From Fidelibacterota bacterium (GTDB taxonomy: Bacteria > Pseudomonadota > Alphaproteobacteria > Rhodospirillales > Rhodospirillaceae), in NCBI GenBank assembly GCA_947476895.1, contig CANJRX010000001.1:184865-248864 (forward strand): a stretch of DNA of 64,000 bases, read 5' to 3'. The position numbers and the translations under genes are program-made. Positions 51,571 through 61,466 of the stretch are shown piece after piece. How positions within the stretch are numbered: the first letter of the stretch is position 1; each line of letters opens with the position of its first letter. The notes beneath the pieces are model-generated. The model worked only from the letters and a program-made list of their open reading frames with translations. It did not search any database and had not been told where the DNA came from.

Positions 51571-51763
51571 TTCTTAAAGTTCGAAATATATAGCGATATT
51601 ATATAGTTAGGTGTGGTTCTGCACACTATCCACAGGTCTTAGGTAAAGACTCAAGACTCAGCCCGAGAACACTGAAACTTAGACATTTTTTGCCTTTTGT
51701 TTACGTTTCGTATACCTTGCTGCCCCAGGATCGGGACACGGTTGGGCTGGGCGCAGGGATAGT

Positions 51764-52963
51764 ATGTACAACACCCGTTTGGATGGGCTGACGGAGTATC
51801 CGTTTCAGCGTCTGACGGCGCTGCTGGCAGGCATTGAGCCGCCCAGCGAGTCTATCGTCATGTCCATCGGCGAGCCCCAGCACGCTCCGCCCGACTTGCT
51901 CCATAAGACCCTGGCTTTGAACCCCGCCGACTGGGGCAAATATCCGCCCACGCCGGGAAGCCCCGATTACCGTGCCGCCGTCGCCGCCTGGTGCGCGACT
52001 CGGTACCGCCTGCCTGCTGGATTCCTCGACCCCGAGAAACATGTGCTGCCCGTCGCCGGCAGCCGCGAAGGCTTGTTCATGGCCGCGCAGCTGTGTGTGC
52101 CGCCGCAAAAGCACGGCAAGACGCCGACGGTGTTGATGCCCAATCCGTTCTACCAAGTTTATTTCGGCGCGGCGGTGATGGCCGGCGCTGATCCCGTCTT
52201 CGTGCCCGCGACCAAAGCGACGCAGTTCATGCCTGATTATATGAGCGTGGCTGCTAGCGATCTTGATCGCGCCGCTATGGCTTACCTTTGCACGCCGGCC
52301 AATCCGCAAGGCACGGTCGCGAGCCTGGACCTTCTCAAAGACATGATCCGCCTCGCCCGCAAACACGACTTCGTGCTGGTGTCCGACGAATGCTATTCGG
52401 AAATTTACGCCCATACGCCGCCCGCCGGCGCGCTCGAAGCCTGCGCTGCGTTGGGCGAAGGCCTTTCGAATGTGCTGGTGTTTAATTCGCTTTCGAAACG
52501 CTCGAGCGTTCCGGGATTGCGTGTGGGTTTTGTCGCCGGCGACGCCACTCTCATTGCCAAGTTCCAGAAGCTGCGCGCTCACGGCGGTGCCGTTGCGCCT
52601 TTGCCTGTGCTGAGCGCTGCCGCTGCCTTATGGCGCGACGAAGCGCATGTGGAAGACAATCGCCGTCTCTATCGCGCTAAGGCCGATGATGCGGCTGCGA
52701 TCTTCGGCAGCTCATTCGACTTCTATCGTCCCGCCGGCGGATTTTTTCTGTGGCTCAATGTCGGCGACGGTGAAGCCGCCACAAAAAAACTCTGGCGTGA
52801 AGCCGGCGTCAAAGTTTTGCCGGGCGGCTATCTCGCCCGCGGCACCACTGCAAACGACAATCCCGGCAGCGCTTACATCCGCGTCGCCCTTGTGCATGAC
52901 CGCGACCGTACCAAAGCCGCACTTGTTCGTATGAAACACACGCTCGACAGCCTTTCCAAATAG
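51764..52963 (+). CDS. Class I/II aminotransferase, succinyldiaminopimelate transaminase DapC-like
   Basis: N-terminus ...[17 protein letters not shown]... and the [17 protein letters not shown]-lysine region. Confidence 0.7.
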   Translation: MYNTRLDGLTEYPFQRLTALLAGIEPPSESIVMSIGEPQHAPPDLLHKTLALNPADWGKYPPTPGSPDYRAAVAAWCATRYRLPAGFLDPEKHVLPVAGSREGLFMAAQLCVPPQKHGKTPTVLMPNPFYQVYFGAAVMAGADPVFVPATKATQFMPDYMSVAASDLDRAAMAYLCTPANPQGTVASLDLLKDMIRLARKHDFVLVSDECYSEIYAHTPPAGALEACAALGEGLSNVLVFNSLSKRSSVPGLRVGFVAGDATLIAKFQKLRAHGGAVAPLPVLSAAAALWRDEAHVEDNRRLYRAKADDAAAIFGSSFDFYRPAGGFFLWLNVGDGEAATKKLWREAGVKVLPGGYLARGTTANDNPGSAYIRVALVHDRDRTKAALVRMKHTLDSLSK

Positions 52964-52976
52964 GGAACCTGAGTCC

Positions 52977-55430
52977 ATGAACACCGCCGTCCGCGCCCAG
53001 AACGTTCCTTTCCTTCCGCCGGCTTGGGCCGCCATGCTGAAACGCAGCGCTTTGTTCGCAAGCGGTTTGGCCGTGATGTTGTTCGGCTTTGCCCTTGTTC
53101 TGGCGCTCGCGAGTTATGCGCCGACGGACCCTTCGCTCAACACCGCGACCGGCGCCACGCCCGATAACGCGCTGGGCCTTCCGGGTGCGATCGTTGCTGA
53201 CGCCATGCTGCAAGCGGCGGGCTTGGCCGCCATGACTTTTGTCTTCGTGATTGTCTCGTGGGGCATGCGCCTGATGCGCGCCGAGGTCGTGGGTTGGTTG
53301 TGGCTGCGCACTGTCGCGATGATTGCCGGCGCGCTGCTTCTCGCCATGGGCCTTGAAGTGATTCCGGCCCCCGATGTTTGGCCGGTGACGGCCGGCTTCG
53401 GTGGCTCGGCGGGCCAAGTGTTGCTCGATCTCGTCACGCGTCATGATTTCCTGTTGCGCAGCCTTGATCCGTTGGCGGCTGATGGCTTGCGCTTTGCGTT
53501 GGGTGTTGCGGCGGCTGTGGCCGGCGTTTTCACAACGCTGTGGGCCATGACCTTGAAAGCCGCCACCGCCGGGGAAGCGTTGGGCCATGCGGGCGCTTGG
53601 GTTTGGGGATTCACAGCTGGTGTGACGCAAGCCTTTGCCAACGTCGCGCAAACCGCCTTTAACCGCGAAGCCGTCGCCGTCGATAAAGCGCCGGCGAAAC
53701 GCATGCGCAAAGAGGTTCAGCCGATTATCGACACCGAACCCAAATCGGAGTTTGTGGCCGAAGACGACGACAATGACATTTCGGCAGCGGCTTTTGAAAT
53801 CGATATGCCTGCGAAAACTGAAGCGTCGGTGGTCGAGCCGCGCAGCAAAGCTGCCAAGCCGTCGAAGCGCGAGATGGAAGCACGTCAAGGCAGCCTGCTG
53901 CCCAAATCCAACAAAGGCTTCGACTTGCCGCCTCTGGAAATTCTGACGCCGCCACCGACAGACCGCGTCTGCAAAGTCGTGAGCCGTGAAGCGCTGGAAA
54001 ACAACGCGCGCGTTTTGGAATCGGTGCTGGATGATTTCGGCATCAAAGGCGCGATTACAAAAGTCCGCCCGGGTCCGGTCGTCACCCTTTATGAGTTGGA
54101 GCCGGCCCCCGGCACGAAGACCAGCCGCGTCGTTTCTTTAGCCGACGACATCGCCCGCTCTATGAGTGCTGTAGCCGTGCGTATCGCCGTTGTGCCGGGC
54201 CGCAGCGTTATCGGGATCGAACTGCCCAACGCAACACGTGAGACCGTGTTCTTGCGCGAAATGTTGTCGGCTGATGAATTTGAGAAGACCGACGGCAAAC
54301 TCATCATGGCGCTCGGCAAAGACATTGGCGGTATGCCAGTGTTCGCCGATCTTGCGCGTATGCCGCACTTGTTGGTGGCCGGCACCACCGGTTCGGGCAA
54401 GTCGGTTGCCATCAACACCATGATCATGTCGCTGCTCTATCGCAACACGCCTGCCGATGTGCGCCTGATCATGATCGATCCGAAGATGCTGGAACTGTCG
54501 GTATACGACGGCATCCCGCATTTGCTGGCGCCTGTCGTCACTGAACCCGGCAAAGCTGTCATGGCTTTGAAGTGGGTGGTGCGCGAAATGGAAAACCGTT
54601 ACCGCGCCATGAGCCAACTCTCCGTCCGTAACATCGCCGGTTATAACCAGCGCCTGCAGGAAGCCTCTAAGAAAGGCGCTGTGATCAAGCGCACGGTTCA
54701 GACCGGCTTTGAGCCCACCACAGGCAAGCCGATTTACGAAGAGCAGGATCTGGACCTGACGCCGCTGCCCTACATCGTCGTCATCATCGACGAAATGGCC
54801 GACCTGATGTTGGTCGCGGGCAAAGACGTTGAAGCTGCCGTGCAGCGCTTGGCCCAGATGGCCCGCGCCGCCGGCATCCACGTCATCATGGCGACACAGC
54901 GTCCATCCGTTGACGTCATCACGGGCACGATCAAAGCCAACTTCCCGACCCGCATCAGCTTCCAGGTCACCAGCAAGATCGACAGCCGCACCATCTTGGG
55001 CGAGCAAGGTGCCGAGCAGCTGCTGGGCCAGGGCGATATGCTTTATATGGCCGCGGGCGGGCGCATCACGCGCGTGCATGGTCCGTTTGTGAGCGACAAA
55101 GAAGTCGAGCAAGTCACCGCGCACCTGCGCGATCAATCGTCGCCCGATTACGTCGAGGAAGTTACCGAAGAGAACGATCTGGACGACGTGCCCGGCTTCG
55201 GCGGTCAGGGCGGCGGCAATACGTCGACCGGCGATGGCCTGTTCGATCAGGCGGTCGCGATTGTCGCGCGCGAGCGCAAAGCGTCCACCAGCTTCATCCA
55301 GCGTCATCTGTCGATTGGTTACAACCGCGCCGCCAAGATCATCGAAGACATGGAACAGCAGGGCATGATCAGCAAGGCCAACCATGTCGGCAAACGCGAG
55401 ATCCTGCTGCCACAACACGGCGATATGTAG
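52977..55430 (+). CDS. ftsK: DNA translocase FtsK
   Basis: N-terminal TM domain, Pro/Glu-rich linker, motor domain with Walker [10 protein letters not shown], and C-terminal gamma wHTH (...[22 protein letters not shown]). Confidence 0.95.
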   Translation: MNTAVRAQNVPFLPPAWAAMLKRSALFASGLAVMLFGFALVLALASYAPTDPSLNTATGATPDNALGLPGAIVADAMLQAAGLAAMTFVFVIVSWGMRLMRAEVVGWLWLRTVAMIAGALLLAMGLEVIPAPDVWPVTAGFGGSAGQVLLDLVTRHDFLLRSLDPLAADGLRFALGVAAAVAGVFTTLWAMTLKAATAGEALGHAGAWVWGFTAGVTQAFANVAQTAFNREAVAVDKAPAKRMRKEVQPIIDTEPKSEFVAEDDDNDISAAAFEIDMPAKTEASVVEPRSKAAKPSKREMEARQGSLLPKSNKGFDLPPLEILTPPPTDRVCKVVSREALENNARVLESVLDDFGIKGAITKVRPGPVVTLYELEPAPGTKTSRVVSLADDIARSMSAVAVRIAVVPGRSVIGIELPNATRETVFLREMLSADEFEKTDGKLIMALGKDIGGMPVFADLARMPHLLVAGTTGSGKSVAINTMIMSLLYRNTPADVRLIMIDPKMLELSVYDGIPHLLAPVVTEPGKAVMALKWVVREMENRYRAMSQLSVRNIAGYNQRLQEASKKGAVIKRTVQTGFEPTTGKPIYEEQDLDLTPLPYIVVIIDEMADLMLVAGKDVEAAVQRLAQMARAAGIHVIMATQRPSVDVITGTIKANFPTRISFQVTSKIDSRTILGEQGAEQLLGQGDMLYMAAGGRITRVHGPFVSDKEVEQVTAHLRDQSSPDYVEEVTEENDLDDVPGFGGQGGGNTSTGDGLFDQAVAIVARERKASTSFIQRHLSIGYNRAAKIIEDMEQQGMISKANHVGKREILLPQHGDM

Positions 55431-55543
55431 CGCTTACTGGAACAAATGGTGAGCCAAGTCCCTTGTTGAGAGTGGACTTGGCCATACCCCCGCCATAGTG
55501 TGCGGCCAGATTTACGGCTCTTTTTGGCGTCTCGGGTACTTTT

Positions 55544-56158
55544 ATGCTGCGCAAAATTCTTCTGTCTTTAGCGGTCTTCGCCTCTCTCGCGACATCGCAC
55601 GCTTTTGCGCTGACGCCCGAAGAAACTGCCGCGGTCAAAAAGGCCGAGGACTATCTCAACGCCATCAAGACGCTGAAAGCGCGCTTCCTGCAGGTGAATC
55701 CCGACGGCAAAAGCGTCGAGGGTGACGTTTATGTGTCGCGTCCCGGGCGTATGCGCCTAGTCTATGATCCGCCGACGCCTATGTTGATGGTGGCCGACGG
55801 CAGCTTCCTGATTTACGTCGATACCGAAATGAAGGACGCGAGCCATGTGGGCCTGGACGACACGCCCGCAGGACTGCTGCTCAAAGAGAACCTCTCGTTC
55901 ACCGACCCGGGCGTAAAGCTGGGCGGCGTGAAACTGGGACCGGGCACCGTCGAGATTACGGCTTCGATGACCAAGGACCCCTCGGCCGGCAAACTGACGC
56001 TGGTGTTCAGTGATGCGCCCTTCGAGCTGCGGCAGTGGCGGGTGATTGATGCCCAGAACAAAGCAGTCTCGGTCACCCTGTTCGACGCCAAGCCGGGCGT
56101 GCCGCTGGATAAAAACCTGTTCCGCTACGACACCCGGCGCAGCGGCGACCGCGAGTAG
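55544..56158 (+). CDS. lolA: Outer-membrane lipoprotein carrier protein LolA
   Basis: Signal peptide MLRKILLSLAVFASLATSHA. LolA-like pattern ...FLQVNPDGKSVEGDVYVSRPGRMRLVY.... Confidence 0.75.
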   Translation: MLRKILLSLAVFASLATSHAFALTPEETAAVKKAEDYLNAIKTLKARFLQVNPDGKSVEGDVYVSRPGRMRLVYDPPTPMLMVADGSFLIYVDTEMKDASHVGLDDTPAGLLLKENLSFTDPGVKLGGVKLGPGTVEITASMTKDPSAGKLTLVFSDAPFELRQWRVIDAQNKAVSVTLFDAKPGVPLDKNLFRYDTRRSGDRE

Positions 56159-56264
56159 CCTGTAACAGCGTGCGGTGGCGTACGTTACATTCACTCCCTC
56201 ATAGGGCGAGTCGGCTTTTGAGGGGGTTCTTGACGCTTTTCCAGGCGGTCCCCATCTCAAATTT

Positions 56265-56532
56265 CACAGCTTTTGGCGCCGATCACGTGTTCGTGTTTGC
56301 TTTATATCACATTGATAATATTCGATTTATCCGCAACAATTGTGTTTTGCACAGCGTGCATAGCGGCTATGCGGTCGCGCACCTTTGCGAAAGCCAAAAC
56401 CGGTCTTATATCGATCCCACGAAGCGTCGACGTCGCAATGACGATCAGACGCTGCCTGGAGATGGTTTCCCCTGCCATTCCAAGGCAACTGCTAGGCGCC
56501 CGGTGTCCCCCCACACCGGGCGCCGTTTTTTT
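56265..56532 (+). ncRNA. Candidate sRNA or cis-acting leader RNA of unknown class (5' end uncertain)
   Basis: Possible promoter CTTGAC-N17-CCATCT (56229-56257), or TTGATA-N17-AACAAT further downstream. Internal hairpin CCUGGAgAUGG-UUUCCCCUG-CCAUuCCAaGG with a C-rich loop. Ends in a strong intrinsic terminator. No credible ORF: both long frames read through the terminator. Confidence 0.35.
56495..56532 (+). terminator. Strong intrinsic (rho-independent) terminator, plus-strand specific
   Basis: 12-bp GC-rich stem GGCGCCCGGTGT / ACACCGGGCGCC, loop CCCCCC, then G plus T7. There is no T-run on the opposite strand. It sits 30 nt upstream of the xthA ATG and 337 nt (56495) downstream of lolA. Confidence 0.85.
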
Positions 56533-56561
56533 GCGGCCCATTTTGCTGCAGGTCATGCTGC

Positions 56562-57371
56562 ATGAATGCTGCACCCTTGGTCATCGCCTCCTGGAACATC
56601 AACTCGGTGCGCAAGCGCATCGCCCAGCTTGAGCGTCTGGCGGAAGAGACCAACGCCGACATCATTTGCCTGCAGGAGACCAAAGCCAACGTAGAGGCTT
56701 TCCCGACCGCCGAGATAGCGGCCATGGGTTACCCGCATCAGGCGGTGTCGGGATTCGGCAGCTACAACGGTATGGCGATTCTCTCAAAGCTGCCGCTGAC
56801 CGAGATCAATCGGTATCCCCACTGCGACCGCAACGATGCCCGCCACATCAGTGCGACGGTTGCCGATATCAGCGTGCACAGTCTTTACATCCCCGCCGGC
56901 GGTGATCTGGCCTGTGTCGAGCGCAATCCAAAATTTGCCCACAAGCTGAAATTCGTCGACGCCGTGGCCGATCACTTTGCCGGCAATCACGGCTACCGCG
57001 ACGCCATTGTCGTCGCCGGCGATTTCAATGTGGCGCCGCTGCCAGCCGATGTCTGGGATCACGTGAAGCTGTCGCGCATCGTCACGCACACACCTATCGA
57101 GATCGCGGCCTTGGAACGCATGAAGCGCTCGCTGCAATTCATCGATGCCTTGCGCGAAGTGGTGCCCGAGAACGACCCTGTGTTCACGTGGTGGAGTTAT
57201 CGTGCGAGCGATTGGCAAGCCGCCAATAAAGGCCGCAGGCTCGATCACATTTGGGTCACCCAGCCTTTGAAGGCGCGCATCGCGGGTGTGGAGGTGCTCA
57301 CCGACATCCGCCACTGGACGCCGCCGTCGGATCACGTGCCGGTGATTCTAAAACTAAGTGCTGGAGAATAG
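56562..57371 (+). CDS. xthA: Exodeoxyribonuclease III (AP endonuclease)
   Basis: ...IASWNINSVRKR...ADIICLQETK...DHVPV. 269 aa. Confidence 0.9.
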   Translation: MNAAPLVIASWNINSVRKRIAQLERLAEETNADIICLQETKANVEAFPTAEIAAMGYPHQAVSGFGSYNGMAILSKLPLTEINRYPHCDRNDARHISATVADISVHSLYIPAGGDLACVERNPKFAHKLKFVDAVADHFAGNHGYRDAIVVAGDFNVAPLPADVWDHVKLSRIVTHTPIEIAALERMKRSLQFIDALREVVPENDPVFTWWSYRASDWQAANKGRRLDHIWVTQPLKARIAGVEVLTDIRHWTPPSDHVPVILKLSAGE

Positions 57372-57373
57372 AC

Positions 57374-57916
57374 TCACGCGCGTTTGCGTTTGAGCAGCAC
57401 GTAGAGCGCGCCCGTGCCGCCCTGACGCGGCCGCGCTTCGGAGACCGCAAGGATCAGTGGTCGCAGCGATGCTTGATTGAGCCAATGCGGCACTTCGCGG
57501 CGTATTTTACCCACACTTTGATCTTTGCCTTTGCCGGTGACGACAACAACACAGCGGGCACCCCGCGCTGAAGCACCGCGTAAAAAACCCGCGAGCGCGC
57601 TGTGCGCTTGATCAAGTGTCAGGCCATGCAGATCGATGCGCCCGTCTATCGCCATGTCGCCGCGTGTGAAACGCTGCGCGGTACGCCGGTCCATATCGGC
57701 AGTCACGCCGACGGCGAGCGGCGGTGCGGGACGCGGAGCAGATTTGGGTTCGGGAGCAGGTGTATGCGCTGGTTTTGCGCGCGGCGCGGGTTCGTCGGAG
57801 ACATCGTCGGCCGCATCTTCGCTAGGATGGCGTGCGTTGTACGGCGTGACGCTGCGCGTCACAAACCGCCAGGTCTTCAGGTCTTCAGAATTGAGATCAA
57901 GGCGGTTGCGGCTCAT
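57374..57916 (-). CDS. Smr (MutS2-related small) domain protein
   Basis: C-terminal Smr domain: IDLHGLTLDQAHSALAGFL...VVVVTGKG... Confidence 0.8.
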   Translation of the reverse strand: MSRNRLDLNSEDLKTWRFVTRSVTPYNARHPSEDAADDVSDEPAPRAKPAHTPAPEPKSAPRPAPPLAVGVTADMDRRTAQRFTRGDMAIDGRIDLHGLTLDQAHSALAGFLRGASARGARCVVVVTGKGKDQSVGKIRREVPHWLNQASLRPLILAVSEARPRQGGTGALYVLLKRKRA

Positions 57917-57919
57917 CGC

Positions 57920-58477
57920 CTACATATTCAGGTCTTGGAGACGCGCGGCTTCTTTGTCCTCTTGCGCGGGCTTATCCATGCGCTTGAAGTTGTTGTAGGC
58001 TTCGACGCCTTCCAACTCCATCTCCGGCAGATAGCGCGTGACGAAGGCGCGCCAGTCGCCGTCGGGCGCCACGCAGCGGGTCTTGTTCATGTAGTTGAGC
58101 GTGATGACCAGACCGCCCATCTTCCACAACAGATTCCAGTTATGCAGATTTTCAGTGGCGGCTTCGATGGAGCGGCGATAGACGCGCTGCGCGACCCACG
58201 GCCGCATCACAAAAAGATAGAACAACACACCCAGCACCATGGCGGCGGTACCGAGGATAAGGTGGACCAGAAACATCAGGAGCATCGAGCCGACCAGAAT
58301 GATCAGGAGCGGGCCAATGTTTTCCCAAGGGCTCCATACCGGCGAGCGCGGATGATTGAGGCGGTCGAAGTCGACAAAAATGCTGACGCGGTCGGCCTGG
58401 TAGGATTCCACCAAACGGGCATACAGCGCGCGGTCGCGTTTTTTCTCGCCGGACTTTTGGGGGGCCGCTTGGTTCAT
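57920..58477 (-). CDS. Hypothetical two-TM membrane protein
   Basis: 185-aa ORF between mltA and smr on the same strand, with its stop 3 nt from the smr start. Two adjacent hydrophobic helices. No recognised family. Confidence 0.5.
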   Translation of the reverse strand: MNQAAPQKSGEKKRDRALYARLVESYQADRVSIFVDFDRLNHPRSPVWSPWENIGPLLIILVGSMLLMFLVHLILGTAAMVLGVLFYLFVMRPWVAQRVYRRSIEAATENLHNWNLLWKMGGLVITLNYMNKTRCVAPDGDWRAFVTRYLPEMELEGVEAYNNFKRMDKPAQEDKEAARLQDLNM

Positions 58478-58580
58478 CTCATCCCTCGTTGGCGCCGCTC
58501 ATTTTTGAGTCGCGCGCCGCTCCATCTTCAACCGTAGTTGAGAATGTTTACCCGATTCTAAACAACCAGAGTCTTGAAAG

Positions 58581-59909
58581 TTATTTGGCGGAATCTTCGG
58601 GGTTTTCAGGGGGCCTGTCCTCTGACGCGGGCGCTGGCACCGGGATTTCGGCTTTCGGCACGAAGACGTAGTAATTGCCTGCGCTTTTCATGCGCCCCGC
58701 CTTTGCGAAGGCATCTTCGCCGTGGCCCCAGAAGATATCGCCGCGCACAGCACCCGTAATCGCCGCGCCGACGTCTTGCGCGACCATAAGCCGCTGCAGG
58801 GGAACGCCGTCAGGATCGACTGTATTGAGCCACATAGGCACACCCAGCGGCACAAAGCGGGGGTCCACGGCCATGGATCTTAAGGGCGTGAGCGAGACGC
58901 CTTGCGCGCCCACCGGCCCATCTTCGGTCTCGGACGGATCGAGGCGGCGGAAGAAAATGTAGCGCGTATTGCGGTTCATATAGTCTGCCGCTTCGGTTGG
59001 GTGAAGTGCGAGCCATTCGCGTACTGCGATCATGGAGGCGCCACCCGGTTTCAATTCGCCGGCTTCGAGCAAAATACTCCCGATCCCGCGGAAGACCCGG
59101 CCGTTGTGTCCGGCAAAACCGATGCGCATCACTTGCCCATCAGGAAGCGTGACGCGGCCCGAGCCTTGGATATGCAGAATGTGTACGGCGACGGGATCGT
59201 CGGCCCACAGCAGCACATCGGCGTCTTCGGCGATGGCGCCGGCGGCATCGATTTCTTCGCGCGTGAAATAGGGTTTGAGCTGACCGTTCTCGAGCACGCG
59301 GCCCACCAGGCTACCTGGGACGCCGTTCGGTAATTGGACGGAGGCCGGGAGAAAATCCTTGAGGTTCAACGTGACGAGATTGCGGGGCTTGCCGTAGATC
59401 GGCGTTTGGTAGGTGCCGCCGCGTGTCAGTGATCCTTTCAGATCGGTTTCGTAATATCCGGTGAAGGTTCCGCGGTCGATGATCTCGCTGCCTTCGCCTT
59501 GCGTCAGCGCAACACTATAGGCCGTGAAATCACGCGCTAAGAGTGCGCGCAGCGCAGCGTCGCCGTCGGTCACGCTTGCCAGCGCGCCGCAAGCCGTCTG
59601 CCAGGTCAGCGCAGACCGTGCGAGAACATCGCGCCCAATCACAGTCTCGGGCGTCAGTCCCGCAAACTTTTCGCAAGACCGTTTCAAGGCCGGCAAACTT
59701 TGCGAGACGGAGTCTTCCGTCCAGCCGGGCAGGGCGCTCACGTCGACGGGCGTATAAACCGCGACGGGATCGATCTTGGTGGGTTGTTGTGGTGTCGTGG
59801 GATTCGCGTTTGGCACAGGCTGCATGCGCCGGACGTAAGCCGCGCCAAGCCCTGCGCCCACAAGCGTCGACACCAGTACAACCAGCAAAAAGCGCGCGAG
59901 CGGACTCAT
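58581..59909 (-). CDS. mltA: Membrane-bound lytic murein transglycosylase A (MltA plus 3D domain)
   Basis: 442 aa with an N-terminal anchor. MltA-domain core and the C-terminal 3D-domain pattern ...MVAQDVGAAITGAVRGDIFWG.... Confidence 0.8.
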   Translation of the reverse strand: MSPLARFLLVVLVSTLVGAGLGAAYVRRMQPVPNANPTTPQQPTKIDPVAVYTPVDVSALPGWTEDSVSQSLPALKRSCEKFAGLTPETVIGRDVLARSALTWQTACGALASVTDGDAALRALLARDFTAYSVALTQGEGSEIIDRGTFTGYYETDLKGSLTRGGTYQTPIYGKPRNLVTLNLKDFLPASVQLPNGVPGSLVGRVLENGQLKPYFTREEIDAAGAIAEDADVLLWADDPVAVHILHIQGSGRVTLPDGQVMRIGFAGHNGRVFRGIGSILLEAGELKPGGASMIAVREWLALHPTEAADYMNRNTRYIFFRRLDPSETEDGPVGAQGVSLTPLRSMAVDPRFVPLGVPMWLNTVDPDGVPLQRLMVAQDVGAAITGAVRGDIFWGHGEDAFAKAGRMKSAGNYYVFVPKAEIPVPAPASEDRPPENPEDSAK

Positions 59910-59952
59910 AGGTCAGAGAAGGAGAAGCTGCGGGCCGAACGCAAGGCCGGGC

Positions 59953-60645
59953 TTATGATTCGATGCTGCGGGTCGCGACCAAAGCCCAATTGGGATCGTT
60001 GGTGGCAAGATCGCGCGCGAAGGTCCAGACGTCGGTGACGCTGTCCACATGTTCGCGGTCGCCTTCGATCACCGTGCCGGTCTTGTCTTTGACCACATTG
60101 ACCTGCTCGCTTTGGAAGCGCACATCGACGGTGGCGCGGTTGTCGCGCACTTCAACACCTTCAAGCTTTGGCGGCTTCAAAACCACCAGTTCGGTTTCCA
60201 TGGTCTCGCCGCGCTCTTCGCGTTCCTTAATGGCGGCGGCAAAGCGCGCATAGACGTCGGCGCTGAGCAACGGCTTCAAGGCATCGGTATCGTTCTTGGC
60301 ATAGGCCGCGACAATCATTTCAAAAGCTTTTGCGGCACCTTCCAGGAAGCCGCTGGCCGAGAAACTGGGATCGACCATTTTGATCTGCACCAAGCCGGCT
60401 TCGAGCGGCGTGCCTTGATAGGCCGGCTCAATGTCCTGCATCACGCTTTCGCGGGTGCGCCGGCTGGGCGGCACGGGCATTTGCACGACATTGTCGGGCG
60501 ACCGGGGAAAGGTTTCGTCCGCGCGGGGTTCGGCGGTGGGTTCGTGGCCGGTCCGGCGTCCCAACACACTGCGCAGGCGCAGGATGATAAAGCCCGCGGC
60601 CATGGCCAGGATGATGATGTCGATGAACTGGAAGCTTTCCATCAT
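59953..60645 (-). CDS. Tim44-like domain protein
   Basis: N-terminal TM (IDIIILAMAAGFIILRL) plus a C-terminal Tim44-like domain. Conserved neighbour of secB in alphaproteobacteria. Confidence 0.75.
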   Translation of the reverse strand: MMESFQFIDIIILAMAAGFIILRLRSVLGRRTGHEPTAEPRADETFPRSPDNVVQMPVPPSRRTRESVMQDIEPAYQGTPLEAGLVQIKMVDPSFSASGFLEGAAKAFEMIVAAYAKNDTDALKPLLSADVYARFAAAIKEREERGETMETELVVLKPPKLEGVEVRDNRATVDVRFQSEQVNVVKDKTGTVIEGDREHVDSVTDVWTFARDLATNDPNWALVATRSIES

Positions 60646-60932
60646 GTATCCGCTTTATGAGTGGCTGTTTGGGGCCAAAAAGACCGCCCGAAGCCCCAAT
60701 AATCACTGCTTGGGCCGAGGTAAAACGCTTCACAGGCAAAATAGGCCCATAACATCCAAAGGGCAAGCGAGGGTGGCGCTTTTGTCATGTGGTCTAAAGC
60801 GCCGTAAGCCTTTGGAGCAGCGCTTGTCTGGGGCGGCGAAGCATGTTAGTTCGCACGGCTTTTTGCGCACAGCCGCTGCTTCGAAATTGTGAAGCCGCTT
60901 TGGGCAGCCATAGCCTTCGGACGGAGACCAAA

Positions 60933-61463
60933 ATGAGCGATGCGACCCAAGATCCAGCCCCGCCGGCACCCGAAAACGGGCCCGATACCGCCGCAGGCAC
61001 CCCGCCGCTCAGGTTTTTGGGGCAATACATCAAGGATTTGTCCTTCGAAGCGCCCTTAGCGCCGGATATTTTCAATATTCTGCGTCAACAGTCACCCGAT
61101 ATCGAGGTTACCGTCGATGCCGGCGTGCGCCAGCTCGAAGGTCCGGTGTTTGAAGTCACCATTTCGGTCTCGATCGACGCCAAGACTGGAGAAAAGACCG
61201 CCTTCATTCTGGAGCTGGTCTACGGCTGTGTGGCCGAGGTCAATCCGCAGCTGGTGCCGCAGGAATATGCCCATTCGCTTCTGATGATCGAAGCGCCGCG
61301 CCATATGTACCCCTTCGTCCGCCAGATCGTGGCCGATGTCACCGGCACCGGCGGCTTCCCGCCCTTGATGATGCAGATGGTGGATTTCGCCGATCTCTAT
61401 CGCCGGAAGTTCGCCGCCAACAACGGCGGTCAGATGCCGGCCGAAGCCCCGGCTGTTCATTAA
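60933..61463 (+). CDS. secB: Protein-export chaperone SecB
   Basis: ATG at 60933. ...RFLGQYIKDLSFEAP...YPFVRQIVADVTGTGGFPPLMM.... Confidence 0.88.
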   Translation: MSDATQDPAPPAPENGPDTAAGTPPLRFLGQYIKDLSFEAPLAPDIFNILRQQSPDIEVTVDAGVRQLEGPVFEVTISVSIDAKTGEKTAFILELVYGCVAEVNPQLVPQEYAHSLLMIEAPRHMYPFVRQIVADVTGTGGFPPLMMQMVDFADLYRRKFAANNGGQMPAEAPAVH

Positions 61464-61466
61464 TCC

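Noticed and set aside
51619-51641. DnaA-box-like sequences: TGTGGttctgcacactATCCACA containing CTATCCACA, and also TTATCCGCA at ~56323-56331. Considered as a possible replication origin.
   Set aside because: These are single, isolated 8/9 matches with no cluster, no adjacent AT-rich unwinding region of the usual kind, and no dnaA or hemE context. That is insufficient for an oriC call.
56430-56495. Possible tmRNA tag-peptide reading frame or small ORF in the lolA-xthA spacer (e.g. ...NDDQTLPGDGF...).
   Set aside because: There is no tRNA-like acceptor/T-arm sequence (no GGTTCGA-type motif) and no ...LAA-stop tag ending. The two long frames run through the terminator hairpin. The third frame gives only a short peptide without start context.
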